A DNA stretch of 63,445 nt, the filler included, from Octopus bimaculoides (lineage: Eukaryota), in assembly GCF_001194135.2 (NCBI RefSeq). It is 10 parts of 10 records of this genome, joined end to end, with 100 filler letters (N's around TTAATTAATTAA, not from the genome) between each part and the next. Parts side by side here need not be neighbours in the genome. Positions count along the whole stretch, not along the records: positions 48,483 to 55,668 come from NC_068991.1; positions 55,769 to 59,474 come from NC_069004.1; positions 59,575 to 61,527 come from NW_026370951.1; positions 61,628 to 63,445 come from NW_026419279.1; 6 more parts are not named here. The stretch is one strand, 5' to 3'. Made by a program: the position numbers and the translations under genes. Shown piece by piece: positions 52,664 to 63,445 of this stretch. Below the pieces are notes generated by a model. It was not told where the DNA came from. It did no database searches and was given only the letters and a program-made list of their open reading frames with translations. The stretch's first letter is position 1, and each line of letters begins with the position of its first letter.

Positions 52664-52744
52664 TGTGTGTGTTTGCATGTATGTGTTTGTATATGTATAA
52701 AAATGTATATGTGACTGTATAGGAAGCAGTGTGTGTGTGTATGT

Positions 52745-52912
52745 ATTTTTTAATCTTTTCTACTTGTTTTAGTCATTGGTCTGTGGCCATGTTGGGGCAT
52801 CACCTTGAAGAATTTTTAGTTGAATACATTGACCATAGTTCTTATTTTTTTAAAGCCTGGTACTTATTTTATTGGTCACTTTTGCTGAACTACTAAGGTA
52901 CAGGGATGCAAA
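52745..52912 (-). mobile_element. 3' half of SINE family A
   Basis: TAGTCATTGGTCTGTGGCCATG..AAGCCTGGTACTTATT..TTTTGCTGAAC; the 5' part resumes at 53395-53465. Confidence 0.7.
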
Positions 52913-53094
52913 CNNNNNNNNNNNNNNNNNNNNNNNNNNNNNNNNNNNNNNNNNNNNNNNNNNNNNNNNNNNNNNNNNNNNNNNNNNNNNNNNNNNNNNN
53001 NNTATATATATATAAAAATACAAATGATATGTGAGCATATGCAAACATATATACATATATGTACATACCTACATCTACATCTATATATAGATGC

Positions 53095-53230
53095 ATATCC
53101 AGGTACAGGACATCAAAAAAACGTGGATAAAAAAGGAACAGGAACACAAACAAAGCACAAAAAGCAAACTTTTTTTACGGACAACAGAATGAACACATAG
53201 GAAAACAGACAAGCCACATATAGAACTTAT
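53095..53230 (-). mobile_element. Repeat family E 3' part
   Basis: ATGCATATCCAGGTACAGGACATCAAAAAAC is the reverse complement of the family E end. Confidence 0.6.
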
Positions 53231-55404
53231 AAATTATCCTGGTGGATACCATATTATTTCACAAAAAGGTATAGATGCCAGCTATCCAATTTCATAGTAC
53301 TCAAGCTTAAAAGAGACATGTGCTGTAGAAAACTTTTTAATAAAAAAAGTTTTGGATGTGAATAAATTTCCACTCTGCTCTTGGTTATCAATTGAAAATG
53401 ACAGGCTTCTTTCAGTTCTGTCTACCAAATCCACTCACAAGGATTTGGTCAGCCTGAGGTTATAAGAGGTTTGACAAAATAGAGATCAATAAAATAAGTA
53501 TCAGATTTAAAAACAAGCAGTGGCATTGAAGTAATTGGCTAATCCGTTAAAGGCAGTGCACCAGCAGAGCAATCAAAAAGGTGAATCAAAGTTAGGAAAG
53601 AAAAATATATAAACGTTAATAAAAATATATAAATGTCTGCCATAATCTTGTTTACATTCTTAGAAGTAGCTCTATGCAACTTGCTTTGTGTAGTTTGGAA
53701 GATGGAGGTAAATGATTCTTGATGAGTCTTTAACTGAAGATGATACCAGCTAGTTTGATCCTAATTCCAAACTTCCAAATTTCTGTAGATAAGACCTCTG
53801 TATATATATTCATAATCCACACTAACACACCCTTCCTGATGCTAATCCTTACCTGTCTTTTAAGTAAGGGGCCACTGATACCTTGCAGTTTTGAAAGCAC
53901 AAATTATTTGGATGATTTGTTGACAAGAGAAACTGACTACACCATCCATAACACTTTTGTAAAAGTGACTGCGGATGTAAGCAGACATACACACATAGTA
54001 CTGACCAGACTACTGACTGTTATACACCGCTGGTCATAATGCACTTCCTCACATTATTGTAGCTTTTGAATGATGCCACCCTGCTGATAGGCAGGTCAAT
54101 ATTCCCCTTGAACAAGATGATAGTCAATCACAGGGTTACCTATTTACAGCTGAGTGAACTGGAGCAACTTGTAACGAAGCGTTTTGATCAAAAATACAAT
54201 GCCCAGCCTATTCAGGAATTGAAACCATGATCTTGTGATTATGAGTGGAACACCCTAATCAATAGGCCACACATCCACACACACACACATTGAGGGTTAA
54301 ATAATTTGTTAGTTGGGGGGAGATAATCCAATTTTTTTAATGGGGGTGAGATAACCAAAAAGTACCCAATATTTTAATTTTTTTTTTTCATAGAATTCCT
54401 AATAATATTAAATTATGATATAAGAGAAATTTTTTTAAAAACATTGAATGGTTATGAAGGTCCTGTAGAGTAAGATAAGGATTAAAAGAGTCCACAGGCA
54501 AAAAATGGTTGAAAACCACTGCATTAGACAGACACCTGCCCAAGGTGCTGTGTAGTGGGATTGAACCCAAAGCTAAGTAGTTGGGAAGTGAACTTCTTAA
54601 CTACAGTCAAGCTGTTGTATGATTTGAAAGGGATTTGGCTGCTGATATCCAACAGGTTGGTGAAGTAAATTGTGAACAGATGTCTAGTATTAATGATAAT
54701 GGTGGTTTCAGCTGCAAAGACTGTGATGATGATGACAATGATGGTGACGATGATGGTGATGAGGGTGGATTAAAGATAATGAAGCTACTTATAGGTAGTA
54801 GTGATAACCTGCAACTGTGGATGTTTCACCTTCACCCATCCAGATGATGACGATTCTGGAGTTAGTGTATATGGGAGGTGGAGGAAACCTTATGAGGAAG
54901 TAAGCTGTTAAGACAATAACATGATGATTCAGAATCACCTACCTTACTAGCCATTCCTCCCACTGCCACCATCACTACCACTACTTGTCTGCCTATAAAA
55001 CTACATTAGTATTTTGTAAGGGGGAGGGGGAGAGATAGGAGGCATAGGGGAGGAGGTGGAGAGAGAGAGAGAGATTTAGCATGTTGGTTTTGTTTATCAT
55101 TGTCCACCAACATCACAACATAGCTACATATATCTCACCCCCATTGACTTGTGCATGTTACACACATTCACACATACACACTCACACACCTCACTGGCAC
55201 TCACACACCTCACTGGCACTCACATACTTGCCCTCATGCTCACACATTTAATCTCACTCTAACATTTTTCACACACTCTCACTCTCCTGTGCAAACACTC
55301 ACATGAACCAATGAGAGAGGCCACTCTATCTTCTAGAAATAGCAACCAAATCTCCCTTGAATCATACCATGACAGTTTAAAAATAGAAATGATGCAGATC
55401 AATG

Positions 55405-55668
55405 TAGTCTGTTGTTGTTGGCACTCCGTCGCTTACGACGTCGAGGGTTCCAGCTGATCCAATCAGCAGAACAGCCTGCTCGTGAAATTAACGTGCAAGT
55501 GGCTGAGTACTCCACAGACACGTGTACCCTTAACGTAGTTCTCAGGGATATTCAGCGTGACACAGTGTGACACAGTGTGACAAGGCTGACCCTTTGAATT
55601 ACAGGTACAACAGAAACAGGAAGTAAGAGAGAGAAAGTTGTGGTGAAAGAGTACAGCAGGGTTTGCCA
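55405..55668 (-). mobile_element. SINE family B 3' portion
   Basis: Reverse complement of 50650-50889. Confidence 0.85.
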
Positions 55669-56245
55669 NNNNNNNNNNNNNNNNNNNNNNNNNNNNNNNN
55701 NNNNNNNNNNNNTTAATTAATTAANNNNNNNNNNNNNNNNNNNNNNNNNNNNNNNNNNNNNNNNNNNNGGATCGTTGGTAAACGTTCATAAGAGAAAGTA
55801 GCAATTGAAACGATGTGTAAGAGGAATAGAAATAGTTAATTTTAGAGGGGCAAAGTAATTCTGTATGTAGTTTTAGTATCTGTCATCACAGTATCGAAAT
55901 GTGATTGTTTCAGTTTTGATAGTTTCCTTTTTCTCCTTCCTTTCTTTTTGTATTTGCTGTTGGATTTTTCGTAAAGCTTCATAAGAGAAAGTAGGAGTTG
56001 AAAGGATTTGTATTAGAAAGAGGAAATTAGATTTTATTAGGGAGAAAATGTTTACCTCCGTAGTTTTATGGATTTTATTCATTATTAGGAAATTTTTGGA
56101 GTGAAAAGATGACGCAGTGACCTAACCTTATTGTATTTAGAATATTAATTGCGATTGTTTAATCGAAGAAATTTTGAATTGTGTAAATGTATGAATTTTA
56201 AACATACACACACACAGAGTAGATTTGCCTTTTATAGTATAGATT

Positions 56246-56443
56246 CTTCATTAGCTGTTTCCACTATAAGATGTGGTTGACTCGTAGCTGAATGCCTGAG
56301 TAACAACTTATAGCTTTATCAGAGCCTCAAGCATTGAAGTGCATTTTCTGTTAGAGGCTCTGATGAAGCTGTTAGGTGTTACTCAGGCACTCGGCTATGA
56401 GTCCACCACATCCTATAGTGGAAACAACTGTAAGCTAACGAAG
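56246..56443. repeat. Inverted repeat (~85-bp arms, 25-bp spacer) of a hammerhead-bearing unit
   Basis: 56246-56328 versus 56354-56443. Confidence 0.85.
56356..56436 (+). ncRNA. Type I hammerhead with extended stem II (family H5)
   Basis: GGCU CUGAUGA(56360-66) AGCUGUUAGG..CCUAUAGUG GAAA(56421-24) C AACU GUA AGCU; GUA site. Confidence 0.6.
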
Positions 56444-56590
56444 TATATATATGATAACCGTTTGTTCCTTTGTTATCTTTTTTTTTAATTATTATTAGCA
56501 CTTTATGCTCGACTAATGCTTCGTTCAGAATCCCGTATATTGAGTTTTACACCAGGTTATTAACAATGTAATACCTAAATGAAATGTGTG

Positions 56591-56789
56591 TGCGGGAGGT
56601 GCTGAAAAGTTCCTGGCTTTGGGTAAAAGAAAATACCAGAAGATCAGCTAACTATGATTTTATTCAAAATATTTCTCTCTTAGATTCACATATTCATTAG
56701 TCTTTCGGTTCTAAAAGAACTCGGAAGGTTGGGTTTCCAGTCAGACCTTCCGCGGTACCCTTAAATTCAGGAACTTTTCAGTTTATACA
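56591..56789. mobile_element. Mariner-type MITE
   Basis: CTGAAAAGTTCCTG ... CAGGAACTTTTCAG TIRs; inverted copy at 59836-60042. Confidence 0.75.
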
Positions 56790-57049
56790 CACACACTCAT
56801 AATTTTAATTGAGAGAACTGAAATTAATGTTTTGTACGTTTATTGTTATTCATGCTGTGAGTATTATAACATAACTAGTTATTTTGCACTGCTTGACTTG
56901 GTAACCATACCATTGTTATTTGAACACTGATAGCCATGAAACGGTGTGAAGTGCTGCTGGGGTGATCGCTTGGATTCTGGCATGGGAACACAGGGTTTTT
57001 TTTTATTATTTTTTTATTATTTTGGTAAAATATTTTATTAGTTGAACGA

Positions 57050-58095
57050 TATTTCAACGCTCCGATCACCACTGGTATCACTTTTACATTACCCTCTCGC
57101 ATTCCATACAATCTTGCCATTTCCACTTTTAATTCGGAGTACTTGGTGAGTTTTTCAACCTCTTTACTCACAACATTCATGTCATCTGGTAAAGCTACAT
57201 CAATGACCTGACAGTATTTGTCTTTCTTATTCAATATGACAATATCCGGTCGACGGTGTTCGATTACACGATCCATCTCAAAATCCTAGTCCCAGAGTAT
57301 TGTTACATTTCCATCCTCCTGCATAACTTATACCAGTTCTCTGTTACTTCATATTGGTATTTACGTCATAAGAGCTAATGAAGATACACACACACATTTT
57401 ATCGTGGTGGCGTTTGTATTCTTTCTGTGCAAGGCTCCCACATTCACTTACCAAGTGGGTCACATTTTCCATACTCTTTACACAGAGTCTGCATTTCTGG
57501 GTGTCAAAAGTTTTATAGATGTTATACTACACTGACTTGGTAGCGAGAGCCTGGTCTTGTGCAGCGATGATCAGCCTTCAAATCACCTCGCTCAAGCCAT
57601 ATCCACGATACTGTATTATCCTTAACGTCTTGTGTATTCCTTTCAAACTGTCCATGCATTCTCATTTCAAGGACTTCTTTTCTCTTCTCCTCGGCTCTTT
57701 GGTTAAACTCTTCCTCGCCCATCATTTCATCTGCATTTACCCCCATATCTTTCGCAGCATATTGCATCTGGTCTTCATCACTATTTATCAAATACTCGGC
57801 AAGCGCTCTCCTTTCACTCCTTATACAATGGTCTGTACTAATTAGTCCTCTGCCACCATTCTTTCTTTTCATATACAGTCTGTTCACGTTTGCTTTAGGG
57901 TGTAGCGCCCCTTGCAGCGTCATCAACTTACTCATCCTTCTATCCAGTGTTGATATTTCCTCCTTAGTCCATTTGAGGATGGACGCACTATATCCGACCA
58001 CCGCAACTACCCAGATATTCATTGCGGTAATCAAATTTTTGGCATTCAGGTTGGATTTCAACACTATCTTCACCTTTTTTTGATACGCTTCACGT
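57050..58095 (-). mobile_element. R4/Dong-type LINE fragment (RT thumb to REL endonuclease)
   Basis: ORFs 57522-58073 (RLYMKRKNGGRGL) and 56875-57276 (RRPDIVI..IDVALPDD..KEVEKLTKY..PVVIGAL); the 5' end abuts (TAA)n. Confidence 0.9.
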
Positions 58096-58099
58096 GTTA

Positions 58100-58164
<65 letters not shown>

Positions 58165-58265
58165 CCGCCAAGATCGACTTTGCCTTTCGTTCCTTCGGCG
58201 TCGATAAATTAAATACTAGTTAAACACAAGGGTTGATTACATCGACCCCACCACCAAATTTCAAG
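58165..58265 (+). mobile_element. SINE family C 3' part
   Basis: CGACTTTGCCTTTC..GTCGATAAATTAAATACTAG. Confidence 0.7.
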
Positions 58266-58284
58266 CCTTGTGCCTTTAGTAGAA

Positions 58285-58526
<242 letters not shown>

Positions 58527-59835
58527 TTTATTGAAGAGGCGGATGAGAGTGGAGAGGGAGGTGCACACTTCTAGCAAATTTAAGAATTTGCTAGATGAGT
58601 GGATGAAAGTGGCAACCATGTTGCATGTGAACGGGCCGGCTCTGAGCATACGCTTCTGAGTGGAGTAAGAGAGAGGAAGCACTTGCCTAAGTGGTCAGGG
58701 AAACCGTGATTTTCTGTGGGGTCTGCACGGTTTTGTCTTGGAATTCTTCCCTTACTATTAAGGAATTGTAATTGTTTAACTTTATTGTTCAATTTTGTTA
58801 TTGTTTTATATGTTTACACGGTAAACCCCTCCGTCTGTACTTTTGTATTTGCGTCCCTGTGGCCAAAAAAGAAAACATTATTATTCATTTATATGTGTTT
58901 GAAAGAAATATTTACGTCTGCATATTCATACATGCATGTGTGTGTGTGTGTGTGTACATGTATGTACGTGTGCAATGTATGTATGTGAATTTCTACATTC
59001 ATATCTTCACATGTGTGCGCGTTCGTAGAAAGATATTTATGTAATTGCATCTCTGTTCGCATAACACCTACCTTTATTCAGAAGCTAATACATATCTACG
59101 TCCATAAGTTCAAACTGATGATTATATAATAACCATGAACATCATGCTGTATATATACGTGTGTGTGTGGCGGGATTCTGTTTGTGTAAAATTATGAATG
59201 TGTGTATGTGTACGCATTTTTCATTGCATTTTATCTCCTGTCAGGATCTTCTGTTTAGCCAGCAAATTATTTGAATAATATGCATTTTCACGTGATCCTC
59301 CAATTTAGATTTTTATTCGAACGCTCTAAAGTAGAGACTAGCTCATTACTTACGGAGCTGTATTATGTGAAATCACTTTCGTAAGGGCTTTGCACGAAAC
59401 TCTTAGCTCTTCAGTCACTGTTGTAATGTAACTTACCACTGATTAAAAGATATTTACACACACACACACACACANNNNNNNNNNNNNNNNNNNNNNNNNN
59501 NNNNNNNNNNNNNNNNNNTTAATTAATTAANNNNNNNNNNNNNNNNNNNNNNNNNNNNNNNNNNNNNNNNNNNNTACATATATTATACATATATATATAT
59601 GTATATATATGTGTATGTATGTATGTATGTAACTATTAGAAATGCAAAAAAGAAATGAAAGAAATCTCGAATGCAGTAGATAACTGCGAAAACTGCTTAG
59701 AGGATAAGATAAAATACCCTTATAGACGGAATAAATTGGCCAGCAAGCCTCTGCAGTAATTAATATTCTCCTGCATTCGAGATCTCTTTTACTTCTAAAA
59801 TATTAACTCAATCGGCGTTTCAATGTTTGAACATA

Positions 59836-60042
59836 TACGAGTGTATGCTGAAAATTTCCTGGCTTTTAAAGTCCTGGTCGGAAGCCCAGCATTCCGAGTT
59901 CTTTTACAGGGCTTAAATAAAACCGAAGGACTGCTGCAGTAATTGAATCTGAGCGAGGAATATGTTGAATAAAAACATTATTAACTAATCCTCCTGCATT
60001 TACTTTTACCCAAAGCCAGGAACTTTTCAACAACCCCTCGTA
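59836..60042. mobile_element. Mariner-type MITE with TA ends
   Basis: TACGAGTGTATGCTGAAAATTTCCTGGCTT / AAGCCAGGAACTTTTCAACAACCCCTCGTA. Confidence 0.8.
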
Positions 60043-60729
60043 TGTTAATCTGTATGTGTGTGTATANNNNNNNNNNNNNNNNNNNNNNNNNNNNNNNNNN
60101 NNNNNNNNNNNNNNNNNNNNNNNNNNNNNNNNNNNNNNNNNNNNNNNNNNNNNNNNNNNNNNNNNNNNNNNNNNNNNNNNNNNNNNNNNNNNNNNNNNNN
60201 NNNNNNNNNNNNNNNNNNNNNNNNNNNNNNNNNNNNNNNNNNNNNNNNNNNNNNNNNNNNNNNNNNNNNNNNNNNNNNNNNNNNNNNNNNNNNNNNNNNN
60301 NNNNNNNNNNCTCAAGCAATTTGCACTAATTAGTGGTTAACTTAGTACTTTTCTTCTTTTAGTAGTGGAACTCAAAGTAAAACAAAGCAACACCAACGTC
60401 CTCTCAACGATTAGCCAGGGATGATTTTTAAAATGAGAATATCTGAAATAAACTCAACTGCTCTCACAAACGAGAATATTAAAAATGAACCCGACCGCTC
60501 TCAAAAATTAAGTTAAAAAAACAGGAAGAATAATCCAGAATCCTTGTCCGGTACCAGATCGATCTCAAAATCTAATCAGTTTGTGCCAGTCACAAGGCCA
60601 AACATCCCTGAAAGTTTCATCCGAATCCATCCAGCGGTTCTCGAGATATCTTGTCCACGGACAAACAAACAGGACTGATAACAATACCTCCGTCTTGCTA
60701 AGGCAATAAAGCTATAAACAGCACTTATA

Positions 60730-60818
60730 AACAGCCACTTGCACGTTAATTCCACGAGCAGGTTGTTCCGTTGATCGGATCAACTGGAACCCTCGGCGAC
60801 GCAAGCGACGGAGTGCCA
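60730..60818 (+). mobile_element. SINE family B 3' end
   Basis: CAGCCACTTGCACGTTAAT..GGATCAACTGGAACCCTC..GCGACGGAGTGCCA. Confidence 0.8.
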
Positions 60819-61030
60819 TATATATATATATATATATATATATCATAAATAATTTGGACAAATACGTATAATTCGATTAGAGTAGAGCACTGGCACAGTT
60901 TAGGCTACTTGTTGTCATCTGCAGTTGTGGCACACGTCTGTTGGATCTACGTCAGGAACTCCGCAGTGACAGTTAGGGCAATATTATTAATAAATAGTAG
61001 GAGATGAATTTCGTATAAGACTTTTATTAG

Positions 61031-61075
61031 GTACAACTTATGTTTCGACCCATCAGTCTGGGTTTCCTCAGGTAC
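61031..61075 (-). ncRNA. Type I hammerhead (family H6, left arm)
   Basis: GUAC CUGAGGA AACCCA-GACUGA-UGGGUC GAAA C-AUAA-G UU GUAC. Confidence 0.6.
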
Positions 61076-61331
61076 ATTGATAAAGATGTCTCACTGGAGA
61101 TTTTCACTATCGGTTAACTTGTTGTTATGTGCCCATCAAGTTCTCTACTTTCATTTTTCTCTGAGCAGTTATGACAGCGAACGCTGATTAGGCCATTTTG
61201 TCTAAACTGGAATGCATGTTTTCCACGTTCTTATTTGAATTTTTTGCGTTTCTGTACATAATATTATTTGATTTTGTTCAATTTGATGGGCAGCCGATTC
61301 TAAAAATCTCTAGTGAGACTTCTTTATCAAT

Positions 61332-61376
61332 GTACCTGAAGAGACTCAGACTGATGGGTCGAAACTTATGTGGTAC
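61332..61376 (+). ncRNA. Type I hammerhead (family H6, right arm; position 17 is G)
   Basis: GUAC CUGAAGA GACUCA-GACUGA-UGGGUC GAAA C-UUAU-G UG GUAC. Confidence 0.6.
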
Positions 61377-62659
61377 CTAATAAAAGCCTAATACGAAATC
61401 CTTCTTCGAACCCACAAGAGTTAACAAGTGAGACAGAGACAGGCAGAAGCAAGAAAAATGCTGCTGTTATTTGAATGCTATAAAAATATGTCTTTAAAAA
61501 GACTTTTCTTTTAAATTTACCAAAATTNNNNNNNNNNNNNNNNNNNNNNNNNNNNNNNNNNNNNNNNNNNNTTAATTAATTAANNNNNNNNNNNNNNNNN
61601 NNNNNNNNNNNNNNNNNNNNNNNNNNNAGCAGCCAAACGTCCCATAAAATGATCGTCTTATGTAAGAACTGGATGGTCATGGACAGAATACTGATGATCA
61701 CAAATAAGTCTACTTGCTCATTGTTGACACAGGGCCAAACAGCATTGTGGCTACACTATGTCACCACCACCATCACCACCACCACCACAACTATCACCAC
61801 TACCATCAGAACCACCACCACCACCATCCAGAGACAACCAGCTCAATATGACCACTGCTGCTTCTACCACAACCACAATTATCACCAACATCATCATCAT
61901 CATCATCATCAGTAGCAGCATCATCATCATCAGCATCACCATTGTTGTCATTGCCATCATTATTGTAAAGATGATGATGATAGTTATGAACACCTGTTGT
62001 AGAGCTTGTTCTCCACCACCCCAACTATCACCTTCCCCACCATTACAGGATTCTAACCACCACTACCACTACATCAATACTACCATCTCCACAATACTAA
62101 AAACGGCTTCCACCACCACCACAACCAATGCTACCACAACCACCATCACCACCATGAATTCTAGCACCTACATCACCTACCACTGTAACCACCACCACCG
62201 CCATCAGGGCCACCATCACCACCACCACCTCCGCCACCACCATTTTTAGACAGTGCTATACAAAAGTCCTCATTCTGCTGTGAAATGAGTCATGGCGGAA
62301 ACAAAAGATGAAATGCTAAAAGCGAACATCACACCACTGNNNNNNNNNNNNNNNNNNNNNNNNNNNNNNNNNNNNNNNNNNNNNNNNNNNNNNNNNNNNN
62401 NNNNNNNNNNNNNNNNNNNNNNNNNNNNNNNNNNNNNNNNNNNNNNNNNNNNNNNNNNNNNNNNNNNNNNNNNNNNNNNNNNNNNNNNNNNNNNNNNNNN
62501 NNNNNNNNNNNNNNNNNNNNNNNNNNNNNNNNNNNNNNNNNNNNNNNNNNNNNNNNNNNNNNNNNNNNNNNNNNNNNNNNNNNNNNNNNNNNNNNNNNNN
62601 NNNNNNNNNNNNNNNNNNNNNNNNNNNNNNNNNNNNNNNNNNNNNNNNNNCACCATCAT

Positions 62660-62790
62660 TGTTATCTTCAAAGATGGCGAACTGGCAGAACCATCAGAGC
62701 AGAATACCATGCTGTGCAGTATTCTGAGTTCAAATCCTGCTAAAGCCAACCTTAGCCTTTCATCCTTCCAGGCCCACTAAAATAATGTAC
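62660..62790 (+). mobile_element. SINE family C, degenerate
   Basis: GGCGAACTGGCAGAACC..TTCTGAGTTCAAATCC..GCCTTTCATCCTT. Confidence 0.65.
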
Positions 62791-63009
62791 CTGTCACCTT
62801 CCCCCGCTCCCCTCCCCACACAGTCCTGGCCTCCAGCCCCTGTTAGAGATTACTATGATCTTCATTGAGGTCCCCAATCAATTTTTTTTTTTGCTGCACA
62901 GACTGGTTTTACACGGAGGGAGGGGTCATGTGCATAACAAAACACATATAGTATATAATTTAATTATTGCATATACAATGCATACATAATGCATATATAT
63001 AATACATAT

Positions 63010-63300
63010 ATATCATCATCATCATCATCGTCATCATCATTATCATCATCATCATCATTATCATCATCATCATTTAAAGTCCGTTTTCCCTACTGGCATG
63101 GGTTGGACAGTTTGACAGAAATCTGGAGAGCCAGTGGCTGCACCAGTCCCCAATCTGATCTGGCAATGTTTCTACAGCTGGATGCCCTTCCTAATGCCAA
63201 CCACTGTGAGAGTGTAGTGGGTGCTTTTTATGTGCCACCGGCACAGGAGCCAGTCACAGGGCACTGGCATTGAACACATTCAGATGGTGCTTTTTACGTG
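63010..63300 (-). mobile_element. Repeat family D copy with (GAT)n tail
   Basis: Reverse complement of 8300-8530 (TTCTACAGCTGGATGCCCTTCCTAA); (TCA)n at 63010-63075. Confidence 0.85.
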
Positions 63301-63394
63301 CACATATATTTCTCATATATAATGTGTATATAAAACATGTGTAATACATATATATTATATATAAACAACATAAAATATTACATACATAATATTT

Positions 63395-63445
63395 TACTTA
63401 TTTCAGTCATTAGACTGCTGCCATGCTGGGGCACCACCTTGAAGG
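63395..63445 (-). mobile_element. SINE family A 3' end (runs off the window)
   Basis: TTTCAGTCATTAGACTGCTGCCATGCTGGGGCACCACC. Confidence 0.75.

Larger units (their letters stand above)
61010..61400. repeat. Inverted repeat (~100-130-bp arms, ~135-200-bp spacer) of a hammerhead-bearing unit
   Basis: 61010-61105 versus 61305-61400, with degenerate inner extension (GCCCATCAA / TTGATGGGC). Confidence 0.85.

Overview
AT-rich, microsatellite-dense eukaryotic DNA with many N gaps. It is probably cephalopod (Octopus-like), inferred from the SINE families and repeat landscape. Most ORFs in the supplied track are translations of microsatellites or N runs. No complete protein-coding gene can be supported. 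What can be supported is a layered set of mobile-element remnants: several tRNA-derived SINE families, RTE, R4/Dong-type (REL endonuclease) and L1/Tx1 LINE fragments, a Penelope-like RT fragment, a Helitron RepHel fragment, Tc1/mariner fragments and MITEs. The strongest unexplained signal is about ten type I hammerhead-ribozyme-like motifs (CUGANGA, stem II, GAAA, stem III, NUH, stem I) from about six unrelated sequence families. Three of these families sit as divergent inverted pairs that form long hairpins, three carry unusually long stem II insertions, and one lies next to a Penelope-like RT fragment. A speculative minus-strand spliced gene may start near 19.3 kb, at the edge of a switch from CpG-rich to CpG-poor DNA. 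Nine TTAATTAATTAA islands inside gaps are assembly spacers, so adjacency across them is unproven. Repeat boundaries are approximate and were read by eye.
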